A stretch of DNA of 64,000 nucleotides from positions 26,908,001 through 26,972,000 of the forward strand of contig OZ024755.1 in NCBI GenBank assembly GCA_964016885.1. The letters are read 5' to 3'. The first letter of the stretch is position 1. Each line of letters begins with the position of its first letter. The DNA is from Eledone cirrhosa (lineage: Eukaryota). Shown in pieces: positions 52,181 to 64,000 of the stretch. The position numbers and the translations under genes were made by a program. The notes under the pieces are model-generated. The model ran no database searches, had not been told where the DNA came from, and worked only from the letters and a program-made list of their open reading frames with translations.

Positions 52181-52440
52181 ACTTACTTGAGATATTTCGT
52201 TGTCTAAAGATTTAATTCCACATCAAAATAATAATTTCGTAAGTTCTGTTTTTGCACTTAAATAAAGGGTGCATTTTCCCCCAATTATTCTCCTTTTTAT
52301 TCTTCCAAATAAATAAACATGAATAAGTTGGGGTTTTTTTTTTATAACGTGCAAGGTAGGAAAGATTAAAAATTTTTTTCAGTGGGTTACCTTGATCCGG
52401 AAGTTGACCAAGTTAACTGCATGAAATAAACTTCCGTTGA
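52181..52440 (-). promoter_or_regulatory. Candidate 5' non-coding exon and promoter of USPL1
   Basis: The coding ATG lies 1 nt after an acceptor, so an upstream exon is needed. There is a consensus GTAAGT donor on the - strand at 52186-52181, an ETS-type CCGGAAGT at 52397-52404 and ACTTCCG at ~52430, in a TE-poor, relatively CpG-retaining region. Confidence 0.4.
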
Positions 52441-53319
52441 AATACGTTAAGTATGGATGACTCGATGTATTAAAAAAATTGTCCCCCTCCCTTCTGATTC
52501 AGGTGCAAGTCCACACATTCCGAATGATGGGTGTATTAGATTAGTAAATAGTCTGTCTACTCTAGTATTTATCTGAGGTATAACGATCGGAGAGAAAATT
52601 TCAAAAATATTTATATTTGACAGTCCAGTTCAAAACTTACAAATATTGCGCAAGTAGAGAGCACAACGAAAGTTATGAATGAAATTTTTCTTTCGTGTTG
52701 TCATTGAAAATGAGCATGGGCGTAACTGTTATTAATTAATGCTTGGACACTACAACCAGTGGCTTTCTCACTGACGTCTTATTAACCCCCAATCCATCTT
52801 TTATATTATCATAAATTGTGTTGATTTTGTTTCGTATTATCTCTATTTATGTTGTAATAATGAGATAAAAATAAAATGTAATTCAGAGAAAAACACCCCT
52901 CGCTCTTTCAGTGGGTAAGGGTTCTTTTTTCTATGTTTTTGTTCGTGTTATTTTCAACGATTTTGACTGCCAGATCAGTCGGAAACGACTCGTCTTTTTT
53001 TAGACAATAGTGGCGGGTGGGGGCTCGCAGTTTTCTTTAGTGGGGATTTTTTTCCTTTTTGTTTTTTTGTTTCTTTCGTGTTTTCAACGAATCTGACCTC
53101 CAAATCAGTCGGAAAGTAACGATAAAATGGAGGTGTAAGATTATGTACAATATACTATCTCTTTACATCAGTTACATGAACTGTTTGTAATTATTAGGGT
53201 ACAATTGATTAACTTTTTCTGTGCTTAACGTTTTATTCACTGTTGTATAAAAAGAAATATAATAATACTATGCTTACAGAATGAAAGCACAAACAAATAT
53301 AATAAAAAGGAAAGGAAAA

Positions 53320-53680
53320 GAAAAAAGACACAGAAGCGGTTAGCTCACACATCTGGGACCACATACAACAAAAGGCAGGCGAAAGGGGTGGACAACCGAG
53401 CCGCTACCAGAGCAAAAGATAACAGTAGCGCGAGGAGCACTGGGAAACCTCTTTAATGGTTTTTGAGACAAGCCAGCAAGCTCGCGGCGTTACCTCGGGT
53501 GATGGCGAGGCTGATGCGCCGGAATAACCAAGCGCCCTCACGAGCTTCACCAGTTACCTCTGTTAGTCGAGCCGCCAGTGAAGATTGGAACCTCGAATCA
53601 GTAGCCCGACTCCCTCAAACATCTCGAACGCCACAGGCTGGAAAATGTAGTTGGCCGGCACATGACGGTATTTTTAGGAT
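53320..53680 (-). mobile_element. CRE-like non-LTR retrotransposon 3' end (RLE domain C-terminus and UTR)
   Basis: Minus frames read KYRHVPANYIFQPVAFEMFEG / LAARLTEVTGEAREGAWLFRRISLAITRGNAASLLACLKNH*, the typical F.PVA.E..G...RLS.AI.RGNA motif. Confidence 0.75.
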
Positions 53681-53835
53681 TTCATCTATAAAGCGGACAA
53701 TTCATTAGAATGTCGGATAGAATGCTTTGCAGTTATTTATTCCAATTCTCTATGCTCTGAGTTCAAATCCCATCGAGATAAACTTTGACTTTCATCATTT
53801 TGAGGTTGATAAAATACCAGTTCAATACCAGGGTT

Positions 53836-53838
<3 letters not shown>

Positions 53839-53880
<42 letters not shown>
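53839..53880. repeat. (CT)n microsatellite
   Basis: Directly visible. Confidence 0.95.
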
Positions 53881-53881
<1 letters not shown>

Positions 53882-55492
53882 ACATGAGGAGGAACAAGCT
53901 CCCCCCAACAACTACATTAGGAATTATGAGTTCCATGTATGTTAGGGTTAGGGTACTTTATTTTATTGATCCCGTAAGGATGAAAGGCCACGTTAACCTC
54001 GGCAGGATTTGAACTCAGACCGTAAAGGGGCGTAACTCTATGCTGCAAATCATAGTGTCCAACCCTCTACCAATACTGCCAATCCATTGCCCTTATATAA
54101 TCCACTGCCAATATATAATGCCACATAAACTTGATTAAATAAGAATTTTATTGTGTTATAAACTGGCACTTTGTCGGTTAGGATGGCAAGTGTTTTAATT
54201 GATACAACAGAACAGTCTGCTCATGAAATTAACAACGGGTATTCATGCCCTTAAGATAGTTTTCAGGGAGATTCCGCATGACACAGAATGTGACATGGTT
54301 GGGCCTTTGAATTACAGGTGCAACTCATTTTTGCCAGTTGAGCGGACTGAAGCAACATGAAATAAAGTGTCTTGCTCAAGGACAACGTACCACCAGGAAT
54401 CGAACTCATGACCTTATAATTGTGAACCGAATGCCCTAACCACTAAGCCAGCTGCCTTCACACATGTGCTATACTTGTGTAGGGAATTACCATGCTTTGT
54501 TCACATTCATTTATGAATATAATAAAAAAATATTTCCTTTCTGAATTTACTATATTAGATGTGTGAGGCTCAATACCATTCTATTAAAAATAACAGATTT
54601 GAGTTCAAATTGAACGAGACAATTTACATAGTCAGGAATAGATCAACTGACGATGACCAGAAACCGGAGGTCATTTAAAATACTGTAAACGGAAACAATA
54701 TATAAGGTCAAAAGTCCGTAAAACTGTTAAGATTTTTGGTCTTTGAACTTTTAGCACTGGATCAGCAATTCATAATCTTTTACCAGTGAAACTCAGATAG
54801 AGAGTGCAGGAGAGAAGACTGTGTTGGTGCAGACAAGGATGATGATTGTTCGGTGAAGAAGTGCCAAGTAATCCCAGAAGGAGGAAGCTATAGTAGAGGG
54901 AGACCAAGAAAGACTTAGGCAATGGTTGTGAGATCTTGTCTCAAATTGCTAAAGTTCAGAGAATATGACAAATGATCACAGCAAGTGAAGGGATGCTGGG
55001 ATGGCAAAGACCTGTTCATCTCATGTAAGCATGGAAAAGTACACGTAAAAAGATGATGATGATGAGTAATGGCAAATACAAAATTTGGTTTCTTTATTGC
55101 ACATATCAATTTTTCAGTATTTTAATCATCAGTGCCAAATACATATAATTCATATGGGTATATACATGTAAATGTAATGTATATAATATATTTATAGCTA
55201 ACTGGTCAGAATAATAGTAATTTGATACTTTTCTTGGGAAAATACTCCAGATTTTGTTTACAGTAAATATCGCATCATAGCTTTTATGTATGATTATGGT
55301 TTATTGTATGCTTATGTGGGTCAAGATAGGAGCGTCCACGCCACGGCCCTGGGAATATTGATAAGATCTACAAGACCGACAAGATACTGCTAATCTTATC
55401 ACCACCACAAGCAACAGTTATAAGCTACAAAACAGCCAAAAGCGACGCTGAAAGCTACAAGCCACAAAGCTATGCTGGACATAAGAAGAAGT

Positions 55493-56295
55493 ATCATCAT
55501 CATCATCATCATCATTTTACGTCCGCTTTTCCCTGCTTGCAAGGGTGGGACGGGTCTTATTCAGCACAGCATCTCTCCACTCGTCACGGTCCCTCGTCAT
55601 CTCCACCGTGAGCTTCAATGATCTGAGGTCTGTTCTCACCACCTCCGCCCATGTTTTTCGTGGTCTACCTCTACCACGTCTTCCTTCAACTGGCATTTCC
55701 TGGCACTTCTTCACCCATCGGTCATCCTCCATGCGCATCACATGTCCATACCACCTCAGTCGCCTCTCCCGTACACTACATTCTATCCCTCTCAGACACA
55801 GTTTCTCTCTCAACACATTTATGCTGGGTCGTTCACGCACATTTACACTGCACATCCAACGGAGCATGCTTGCCTCATTTCTCTCCAGCCGTCGCATATC
55901 CTCTGCGGTTGCTGCCCATGTCTCACTACCATGCAGCATCGCGCTCCTCACACAGGCATCATACAACCGGCCTTTCGTACGCAGGGAGAAACCCTTCTTC
56001 GTCAACAGAGGAAGCAGCTCCCTAAACTTCTTCCAACCCGTCCTTATTCTAGATACTATGGCCTCGGAACACCCTCCTCCCATGCTAATCTGATCTCCTA
56101 GGTACCGGAAGCTATCCACCACTTCTATAGCGCCCTCTCGCATTTGAAAAATGTGTCTATCAGTGCGACTTCTACTGTCTAATTTCCCTGTACATCTACT
56201 GCATACATATTTCTCCCTACCTGTTAGTTTGCCTGCTATCCCGCTACATCTCTTGTGTACCCAGGACCTGCATTGTGTGCATTTTATAGAATTTA
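55493..56295 (-). mobile_element. Young 5'-truncated RTE LINE copy (family A-related, almost no 3' UTR), open frame
   Basis: NSIKCTQCRSWVHKRCSG..CSRC, FRYLG, RLRWYGHVMRM, GRGRPRKTW; the stop is immediately followed by (tga)n. Confidence 0.9.
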
Positions 56296-57485
56296 TGCAA
56301 GTATGTTTATGCATATTATACACTTTATGAAATATTTCAAAAGTAAAAGCTTTTTTCTTCACAATACCAATGTCCATAAGTTGGCAACCACTCAACAAAA
56401 CACATAAACACATGATTCAATATGCCACAGCCCACCTTAGTTAATAATAAACAATTCGGGATTGATAAAAAAAGACTCATAGTTGTTTGATTAGTAGTTA
56501 AAACACATTTAAACTACACACTAAAGATTGGATAATACAGTCCAAGATACACTACATGCAAAAAGAAAAACAGAAAAGAAGACATTATGGTGTTTGTGAA
56601 TATGTTGATAAGAGAAGACCTAGAAGGAAGGATCAAGGACAACACATTATTTGAGCCACAGCTGGAATATATTTGCACAATCAATATTGACCATGGGTTA
56701 AACGATAATAGACACATTCATAATTTTGTGGTTTTCTTCACTGTTATGTTATCTATTTCTACAACATTGCTACATGGCAAAGATGTTTAGTGATTTATTT
56801 ATTAATTGCAGGCAATTAATTTAATTATCAAAATTTGTATAAAACTGTGATCTTTACATTACTCTATGTATACTATTGTATTTTCAAGGTAAAGGCTTTA
56901 CCTCACATAATATTGAATCTATATATTATTTATTTTGAGAAAAATACCTTAACATTGGTATGAGTGACTGGTTACAGCCAGTTTGAACAGAAAGAGGTGA
57001 GAGAATTATGGCCAGATATGGCAGGTTTAAATGTTAAAGGGTGAAAGTTTGGTAATGCACTGCACTGAAGTTTGCACCCTAGTTGGCCTTAATAGTAGCA
57101 CTGGCTCTGTATCTATAGTAAGTGAAATTAGTTGTAAAAATATTTGCTCCAAAGAATAATATATATGTAGCCACATTTGTATTAATTCACAACAAATCAT
57201 TATCAATGTTTAACGTCCATTTTCCATGCTAGCATGGGTTAGACAGATTGTCCCATTAGAGGCAAGTTGGGTCAAATGACTGTGTCTTGCTTATATAGGA
57301 CTGTTTCTGGCTAGATTTCTATAGGTGGACGCTCTGCCTAACACCAACCACATTTACAGTGAGGGCTGGATGTTTTTGTTGTGACACCTACACGATCCCC
57401 TTACAGTGTGGGCTGGGTACTTTTTGTTGTGACCACTTTATATTGATTTCTAAACTAGGCACAACAAGGGTGAAGGGCAAAGTTG

Positions 57486-58020
57486 ATTAAATCAACCCCA
57501 GCACTTGACTTATACTTTATTTTATTAAATCAACCCCAGCACTTGACTTGTACTTTATTTTATTAAATCAACCCCAGCACTTGACTTGTACTTTATTTTA
57601 TTAAATCAACCCCAGCACTTGACTTGTACTTTATTTTATTAAATCAACCCCAGCACTTGACTTGTACTTTATTTTATTAAATCAACCCCAGCACTTGACT
57701 TGTACTTTATTTTATTAAATCAACCCCAGCACTTGACTTGTACTTTATTTTATTAAATCAACCCCAGCACTTGACTTGTACTTTATTTTATTAAATCAAC
57801 CCCAGCACTTGACTTGTACTTTATTTTATTAAATCAACCCCAGCACTTGACTTGTACTTTATTTTATTAAATCAACCCCAGCACTTGACTTGTACTTTAT
57901 TTTATTAAATCAACCCCAGCACTTGACTTGTACTTTATTTTATTAAATCAACCCCAGCACTTGACTTATACTTTATTTTATTAAATCAACCCCAGCACTT
58001 GACTTGTACTTTATTTTATT
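57486..58020. repeat. 38-bp tandem repeat (~14 copies) expanded inside a SINE family 1 copy
   Basis: attaaatcaaccccagcacttgacttgtactttatttt; SINE sequence continues on both sides. Confidence 0.95.
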
Positions 58021-58164
58021 GATCCCAGAAGGATGAAAAGAAAAGTTGATTTTGGTGGGATTTGGACTGAGAATGTAAAGCGCCAGAACAAATACTGCAA
58101 TTACATTTTACCCGATGCTCTACTAATTCTGCTCTCACATGAGAAATATTTATTAGATATAAAA

Positions 58165-58544
58165 CAGTGGTTTCTAAACTTTTCTCTACCAAGAGCCCCT
58201 TTTATTTAAATGAACTTTCCTTAGGACTGGCCCTCCCACTACAATTACCCCCCCCCCCCTCCGATTGTTATAGTGTGATAATGGTTTGATTTAGGCACAT
58301 GGTCAGCAATTTGGGGGTAAAGAGGAAAGTCGATTGAATTGACCCCAGTGCATTACTTGATACTTTATTTATTGATCCCTTTAAGGATAAACCTTAGCGA
58401 GATTTGAACTCAGAACGTAAAGAGATGCAACTCTATGCTACAAAGCATGTTGCCCAATGCTCTATGTAATCCACTGCCCTGTTATAAAGTGATGATAACA
58501 CTTATATTTAGAGATTTTAGTGGGCCCCAAGTTGGGAACCCCTG
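58165..58544. mobile_element. hAT-like MITE containing a nested SINE
   Basis: cagtggtttctaaactt ... aagttgggaacccctg ends. Confidence 0.55.
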
Positions 58545-58636
58545 GTTTAAAAGATAAAATTCATGCATGTTAGTGCAAGAACATGATTGTGAATTGATTA
58601 GAGAGCAATGTATTGCTTAAAAACTTGTGTGTTGGT

Positions 58637-58790
58637 CAGTGCCGGATTTAGGACAAATGTGACCCTGTGCTAGTTAAGTTCTGAGACCCCTTACTTGGGC
58701 CCTGAAGGAGCTAAAAAAATTTTTTAGCAGGAAGATGGGCCCCATTTGCCAGGGGTCCTCTGCTTAAGCTCAATGGCAAATCTGGCACTG
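58637..58790. mobile_element. Small MITE with ~13-bp TIRs and an imperfect 8-bp TSD (hAT-like)
   Basis: cagtgccggattt ... aaatctggcactg; flanks gtgttggt / gtgtgagt. Confidence 0.6.
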
Positions 58791-58959
58791 GTGTGAGTTT
58801 ATTCTGCTGAACACATCTGCATTATGAAAGTGTCAAAGTAAAAGCTAGATTAATATATCAACTAACTGATAGAATCATAATACAATAAAAGTATTTATTA
58901 AACATGTGTCAGAAAAATAATTAACTCCCTCCACAACACTAATATCAAGAAGTCTCCTT

Positions 58960-59680
58960 GTGAACGTGACCAGGGCAATGCCCAGTGGGCATTATTGTCA
59001 GCAGCGATCTGCGTTGGACAAAGCACGTCTCTAAAATTGTCAAGAAGGCCGAGGGTGTCTTAGCATCATTCAGCAAGACATTTGTCCAGCTGTATATAGC
59101 TATGGTGCGGCCACACTTAGAATTTGCATCACCAGTCTGGAACCCCTGTCTTGCTCAAACCAATGATCCCCTGGAAACTGTTCTGAGACGTATTACCAAG
59201 CGAATACCCTCCATCAGGCATCTACTATACTCTGAACACCTTGCATCCCTGGGCATGGATTCATTGAAGCTCCGACACCTGGCAACTGACTTGGTAAACA
59301 CCCACAAAATTATTAACCATCTTGCCAACAACAACCCTGAGCACCTTTTTGATTTCCATGTGTCTAACACACGTAGGCATGTCCACAAAGTCAGAAATCA
59401 GCACTGCTCCCATGACTTTTGGAAACATTTTTTCGCGCTCAGAGTTGCTGAAGCATGGAACAAACTACCTGCATCAGTTGTTAGCTGCCGAGACACTGCA
59501 TCCTTTAAAACCTTTAATTCCCGAAATTCGCCAACACTATACCTGATATCCCCCTCCATATACACGCCCACATATATTTCAAGACTCCTACACTGATCAC
59601 TTTCCTGACATTTCTATATTATTCTATGTACTATACATGCACCTTTGATGAGTTGTAGTGGATCTGAGCACTGTACACAC
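58960..59680 (+). mobile_element. CR1/L2-like LINE 3' fragment
   Basis: GIIVSSDLRWTKHV...LYIAMVRPHLEFASPVWNP...FFALRVAEAWNKLP; a shorter copy is at 60420-60742. Confidence 0.88.
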
Positions 59681-60744
59681 TTACTTTCTTACCTACTATT
59701 ACTGCTGCTACTACTACCACTGCTGCTTTGTGTTTCTGTCTACACACACACACACACACAATTGTGTTTTGTGCATGTATGTGTGTATATATATATATAT
59801 ATATATGGCAAAATGGGGGAAGTACAAAGCACTACCAAGACGCTAGGAGAGAAGCTAGGTGTCAGGTATATTTTGCAAGAAGAAAAGCAGAAAATAAGAA
59901 ATTTAAACATGTTTTATAATGCAAGAACCAAAGGTGTGAAGTGTTCAGGATTGCGAGACAGTGTCGGAGAAAGAAGAAGAATGTTTGCTAAATGTCTGTA
60001 AAGGATAGCTGAACGTTTGGTAACAAATAATCAGGAAGTGACGTGTGAGAACCTCTCTTAAGTGAAATCTAGAGGGATGCAGGGAAGGTTTGGTAGACCT
60101 ATGAAGACCTGGTTGAAATTTGTGGGGAGGTCCTGGCAGACATGAGTCAGTCAGAGAGTGGCTCCTTGCAAACGTATAAGTTAGAGATATTTTTTCGCCC
60201 GACGATCCACGATGAGCAGGAGGAATAACTCTGAACTAAGGTAGTAAAAATAGACTTACCTCCCCTGATCAGGGTTATTTTTGTAAGGTATCGTGGTTTA
60301 CATTTTCCTTCGACATAATGTTTCTCTTTCTAGTTATTCAAATATTTATATATATATTTGTGAGTGTATATATATATATATTGAGAAAAAAACAAGGTTT
60401 CACATTAAGGTCTTGATTAATATGCACAAAGTCAGAAAACAGCACAGTTCCCATGACTTTCGGAAACATTTTTTCACGCTCAGAGCTGCTGAAGCATGGA
60501 ACAAACTTCCTGCATCAATTGTTAGCTGTCGAGACACTGCATCCTTTAAAACCTCCATGCTTCCCGAGATTCGCCAACTAATGTTCCCTCTCCATACAAA
60601 TACACACATGTATATCATGACTCATACACTATTCACTTCCCTGACATTTGTATATTATTCTATGTACTATACATGCACCTTTGACGAGTTGTAGTGCACC
60701 TGAGCACTTTACACAATAATTTCATTATTATTATTATTATTATC

Positions 60745-61290
60745 TGCCACTTACAAAGTCTGTCTGTAATCCCACTACATCTTTCTTGAGCATCCATAGA
60801 TTACACTGTGCATCTTATAGAATTTTTGCCCACCCCTTTCTGACATATTGAACAAGACCACTTCCCTGATAGTTGCACCCTCCTGTCCCCTCTCCTACAT
60901 ACTAAGACTTTTGTTTTTGCTAAGTTTAGTTTTTGGCCTTTCAACTCTAGATTCTTCTTAAATGTTTGAAATTTTGTCCCTAACTCTCCTATGGATTCAG
61001 CTATAAGGACCATGTGTATACCAGCTCCCAAGTAGTGCTAATTTTAAACTCCTCAGTTATGGCCTGAAGGTCAATGATAAACAGTTGACTCACGACTGTT
61101 GGACTCCATCTGCACTTCGAATTCATCACTGTACTCATTGCCAACACTGACTCTGCTGATTGCTTCTATACACATGGCCTGCATAGCCATAACATTTACA
61201 CCTAGCTTCCTAAGTGCCCTCCAGATTGCAGAGTATGAGGCTGTCAAAGGCCTTCTCCATATCTACAAATGACAGATACAGTAGCTTACT
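60745..61290 (-). mobile_element. Degenerate RTE family A RT fragment
   Basis: FVDMEKAFD, LNLAKTKVL, GKWSCSICQKGVGKNSIRC. Confidence 0.8.
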
Positions 61291-61998
61291 TTTAAATCTT
61301 TCTACTACTTCTAGTGAACCTTCTGAACATTTGACTGGCTTGAAGATATGAGTGACTCCAAAATTTTGCTATATTCAAAGTTTTTCTCTCGAAAAAGCTA
61401 ATTGGATAGTTTTTACCTTTGGTTTTATCTTCTTACATCATATCTCATATACATTTTTCATCAAGTTTGGATTTATCCTTAAAAATCATGGGCAATGTCA
61501 ACTGATTGATGTTAAACTACAACACAATGTCTTCCCTTTATTTTCTGAACCAGAATTTCCAGCTTTCCTTGAACTGCACAAGATTCACACTGATTCACAC
61601 AGCACCACTGTAACAAATTGCAACATAGACTCAAAGAAATTTAGGAACCTTTTCATTTGTAGGTACTCATGAAACTAAATGTGCTTCAAATTGGTTTTCT
61701 ATGTCAAAAAGTGGAAAAGTTTTCCCAGAAAATTTAGTTATGGGATAGTGGGAGTGTTTTCCTAAAACATAAAGCAGTCAATGTGACATCTGAAAAATAT
61801 ATTTTAGTTGATCTTTTTACTTTGTAGTGAGAAATTGTGGTTGCTTGGTTACAATTATCTTTCATTGTACTGAAATATTTATTGTAACAAATTCTGTTAT
61901 AACAAAACTCTCTTCAGTGACATAGCTAGAGTATGTGGAACTCGAGGCAGCCCTTCACTTTGCTGACCCCACAAAAAATAGATATTGCTCTTAATATA

Positions 61999-62250
61999 TC
62001 TATATATATAAAAATGAAAATGTCTGTCTGTCTGTCTGCAGTCGATGCATTCCCACAGTTTCCATCCAATTTTGTTCAAATTTGATACATAGGTTATTTA
62101 GCTCCAGGAGCACGTCAACATATAGTTTAAATCGTGCTCTTCTCTAAAATAGTTCTGGGGTTATTTAAAGACGGTCCTGTTGATGAGAGAGGAGGGTCTT
62201 CATTTACAGTGGCGAAAGGTGTGCCTGGCAACGATGGGCTCTTTTGCTAG
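61999..62250 (+). mobile_element. Non-autonomous Helitron (DINE-1/HINE-like layout)
   Basis: A|TC start, tatatataaaa followed by (ctgt)n, GC-rich subterminal hairpin gcctggcaacgatgggc, CTAG|T end, no TSD. Confidence 0.75.
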
Positions 62251-62284
62251 TATATGTATATATATAACACTTAAAGTTATATAT

Positions 62285-62739
62285 ATATTGTTATACTTGG
62301 GGAGGATCATATTGTTGTAATATTGCCAGAAATAATAACAGCACACACTCACTGTTTGGTTGGTTTTCGTTTCTGTATCTTTTATATCTCCATAGTTAAT
62401 TTATTTGGCAATCAATGTTTCGCATTGATTAACCATCGGTTAAAAAAGAAAATTAAATAAAAATGGTGTAGACATTACAATACAATAGGAGGGAATATAA
62501 TAGTACCACTGATGATGTTGCAGATGTGCAACGAAATAACTTTGTTAGACTATATATATATATTCATATCTGCATTTTTAACCGCTGGTCAATCAATGAT
62601 AAACATTGATTGCCAAATAAATTAACTATGGAGATATAAAAGATACAGAAGCGAAAACCAACCAAACAGTGAGTGTGTTCTGTTATTATTTCTGGCAATA
62701 TTATAACAACAATATGACCCTCCCCAAGTATAACAATAT
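62285..62739. mobile_element. Foldback element with ~160-bp inverted arms and a hammerhead-like motif in the spacer
   Basis: 62285-62446 is the reverse complement of 62575-62739; the context is (TA)n. Confidence 0.8.
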
Positions 62740-63696
62740 TTGTTTCGACACAGGATTTCATATCAAAAACCTTGCAAAACAAATATATATATATATATAT
62801 ACATACATATATATATATTAACTAGTCTGTGTACAATTATAATATTATGCTGCAGCATTAAAAGAATACTTATAGCCTACAGCAGACCCAAAAGTGTTGC
62901 TCGGGGCTGACTGCACCCCTCTAGCTACTGACTCTCTTAGTGTTATTTCAATTGGTTTATGGCTAGGGATTGAAACAAATTTCAATATACTAAGAAGATG
63001 AGGTTGTCATGTATTTGACACAACTGAGGTGACTTTACAGAGTCTACTGGATGTGTTCATCAACACTAGAGAGATTGCCATGCACTTGGTACAACTGAAG
63101 AATCATTTTGAAATGTTTTAGGGACAGGGTTTCTTCAGCTTGATGCCTTTCCTATTACCAACCATCATACAAGGTGTACTTTTTGTGATAACGGCAGACT
63201 CAACTGGAGAGCCCTCTCTACCCTATAGGGGGGGGGGGGTGTAAGAAAAGGGGTTGAGGTAAGAAGGATGATAAGTATGGTGTCATGTCTGGCTGCATAG
63301 CAGATGATATACACATAAGAACTTAAAAAAAGGATAAAGATCCCATAACTCCTTGTGGAGTCATAGGGGCACCGCTATATGGTGTGTCTAGGGCGCATTT
63401 AAACCTGGTGGAGCCCAACCCTCTCCAGGTCTGAACACAGTCGATTTTTTTCTATAGAGAAAGAATTGACCCCAGTACTGGACTGGTACTTTTTTTATTG
63501 ACCTTGAAAGGATGAAAGGCAAAGTTGACCTCGGCAGGATTTGAACTCGGAACATGCAAGGAGGTTGGACGAATTCTGTAAAGCATTCTGTCTGACGTCT
63601 TAACAACTCTGCCAATTCGTTGCCTATACATAAGAACTTACAGATATGTAAATTCATTGATTTACATATGTGTATATACTGATACATATACATAAA

Positions 63697-63952
63697 TATA
63701 TAATAAGCAAGTGGAAATGAAATATCAATTTAGCAGTATATACATATTTTATTCACCCAAGACGTGTGTTTCACAATTGATCAGCTCAAGAACAATCAGT
63801 TATGATTGAGCTTGGCTCTAGAATTGATAGTCCTTCAGACTTGTGAATTTTCAAATATTCAGCTGATTGATTGTGAAATGTGTATCACGTGTGAATAAAA
63901 TATGTATATGCTGCTAAATTGATACTTCGTTCCCACTTGCTTATTATATATA
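63697..63952. mobile_element. Foldback/MITE-like element with ~90-bp imperfect inverted arms in a TA context
   Basis: tatataataagcaagtggaaatgaaatatcaatttagcag ... ctgctaaattgatacttcgttcccacttgcttattatata. Confidence 0.75.
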
Positions 63953-64000
63953 TCATCATCACTGTTTTACGTCCGTTCTTCCATGCTAGCATGAGTTAGA

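Noticed and set aside
53320-53680. Structured ncRNA (telomerase RNA, 7SK, RNase P/MRP)
   Set aside because: No template or diagnostic boxes were found, and the minus-strand translation matches CRE-like RLE motifs.
53941-53953. Telomeric TTAGGG repeats or telomerase template
   Set aside because: Only two units at a SINE boundary, with no supporting structure.
54647-54720. Hammerhead-like CTGACGA-TGACC...GGTCA
   Set aside because: The GAAA box does not follow stem II and no stems I or III are evident.

Overview
This is AT-rich, repeat-dense animal genomic DNA. The SINE/LINE complement and microsatellite load suggest a coleoid cephalopod such as Octopus, which is an inference only. Two convergent spliced genes can be built by hand. 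(1) On the + strand is the 3' part of an unrecognised multi-exon gene: 14 phase-compatible GT-AG exons from 118 to 35121 and a probable terminal exon at 38695-38809. One exon of 2279 nt (25852-28130) is almost entirely about 147 copies of a 15-bp unit encoding DTAGK/GTAGK. (2) On the - strand is a complete 5-coding-exon USPL1-like SUMO isopeptidase gene (ATG 47935, stop 42949, about 1031 aa) with an intact Cys-His-Asp triad. The rest is transposon-derived: RTE-type LINEs with a PHD-like finger beside the RT core, CR1/L2-, R4/Dong- and CRE-like fragments, two tRNA-derived SINE families, a DD37D (maT) Tc1/mariner remnant, Helitrons, TTAA-flanked piggyBac-type MITEs, hAT-type MITEs, foldback palindromes (one with a hammerhead-like motif) and several minisatellites. 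I found no CRISPR array, rRNA or bona fide tRNA gene. The most unusual observation is the apparently obligatory coding minisatellite exon. I found no clear evidence of a novel multi-gene system.
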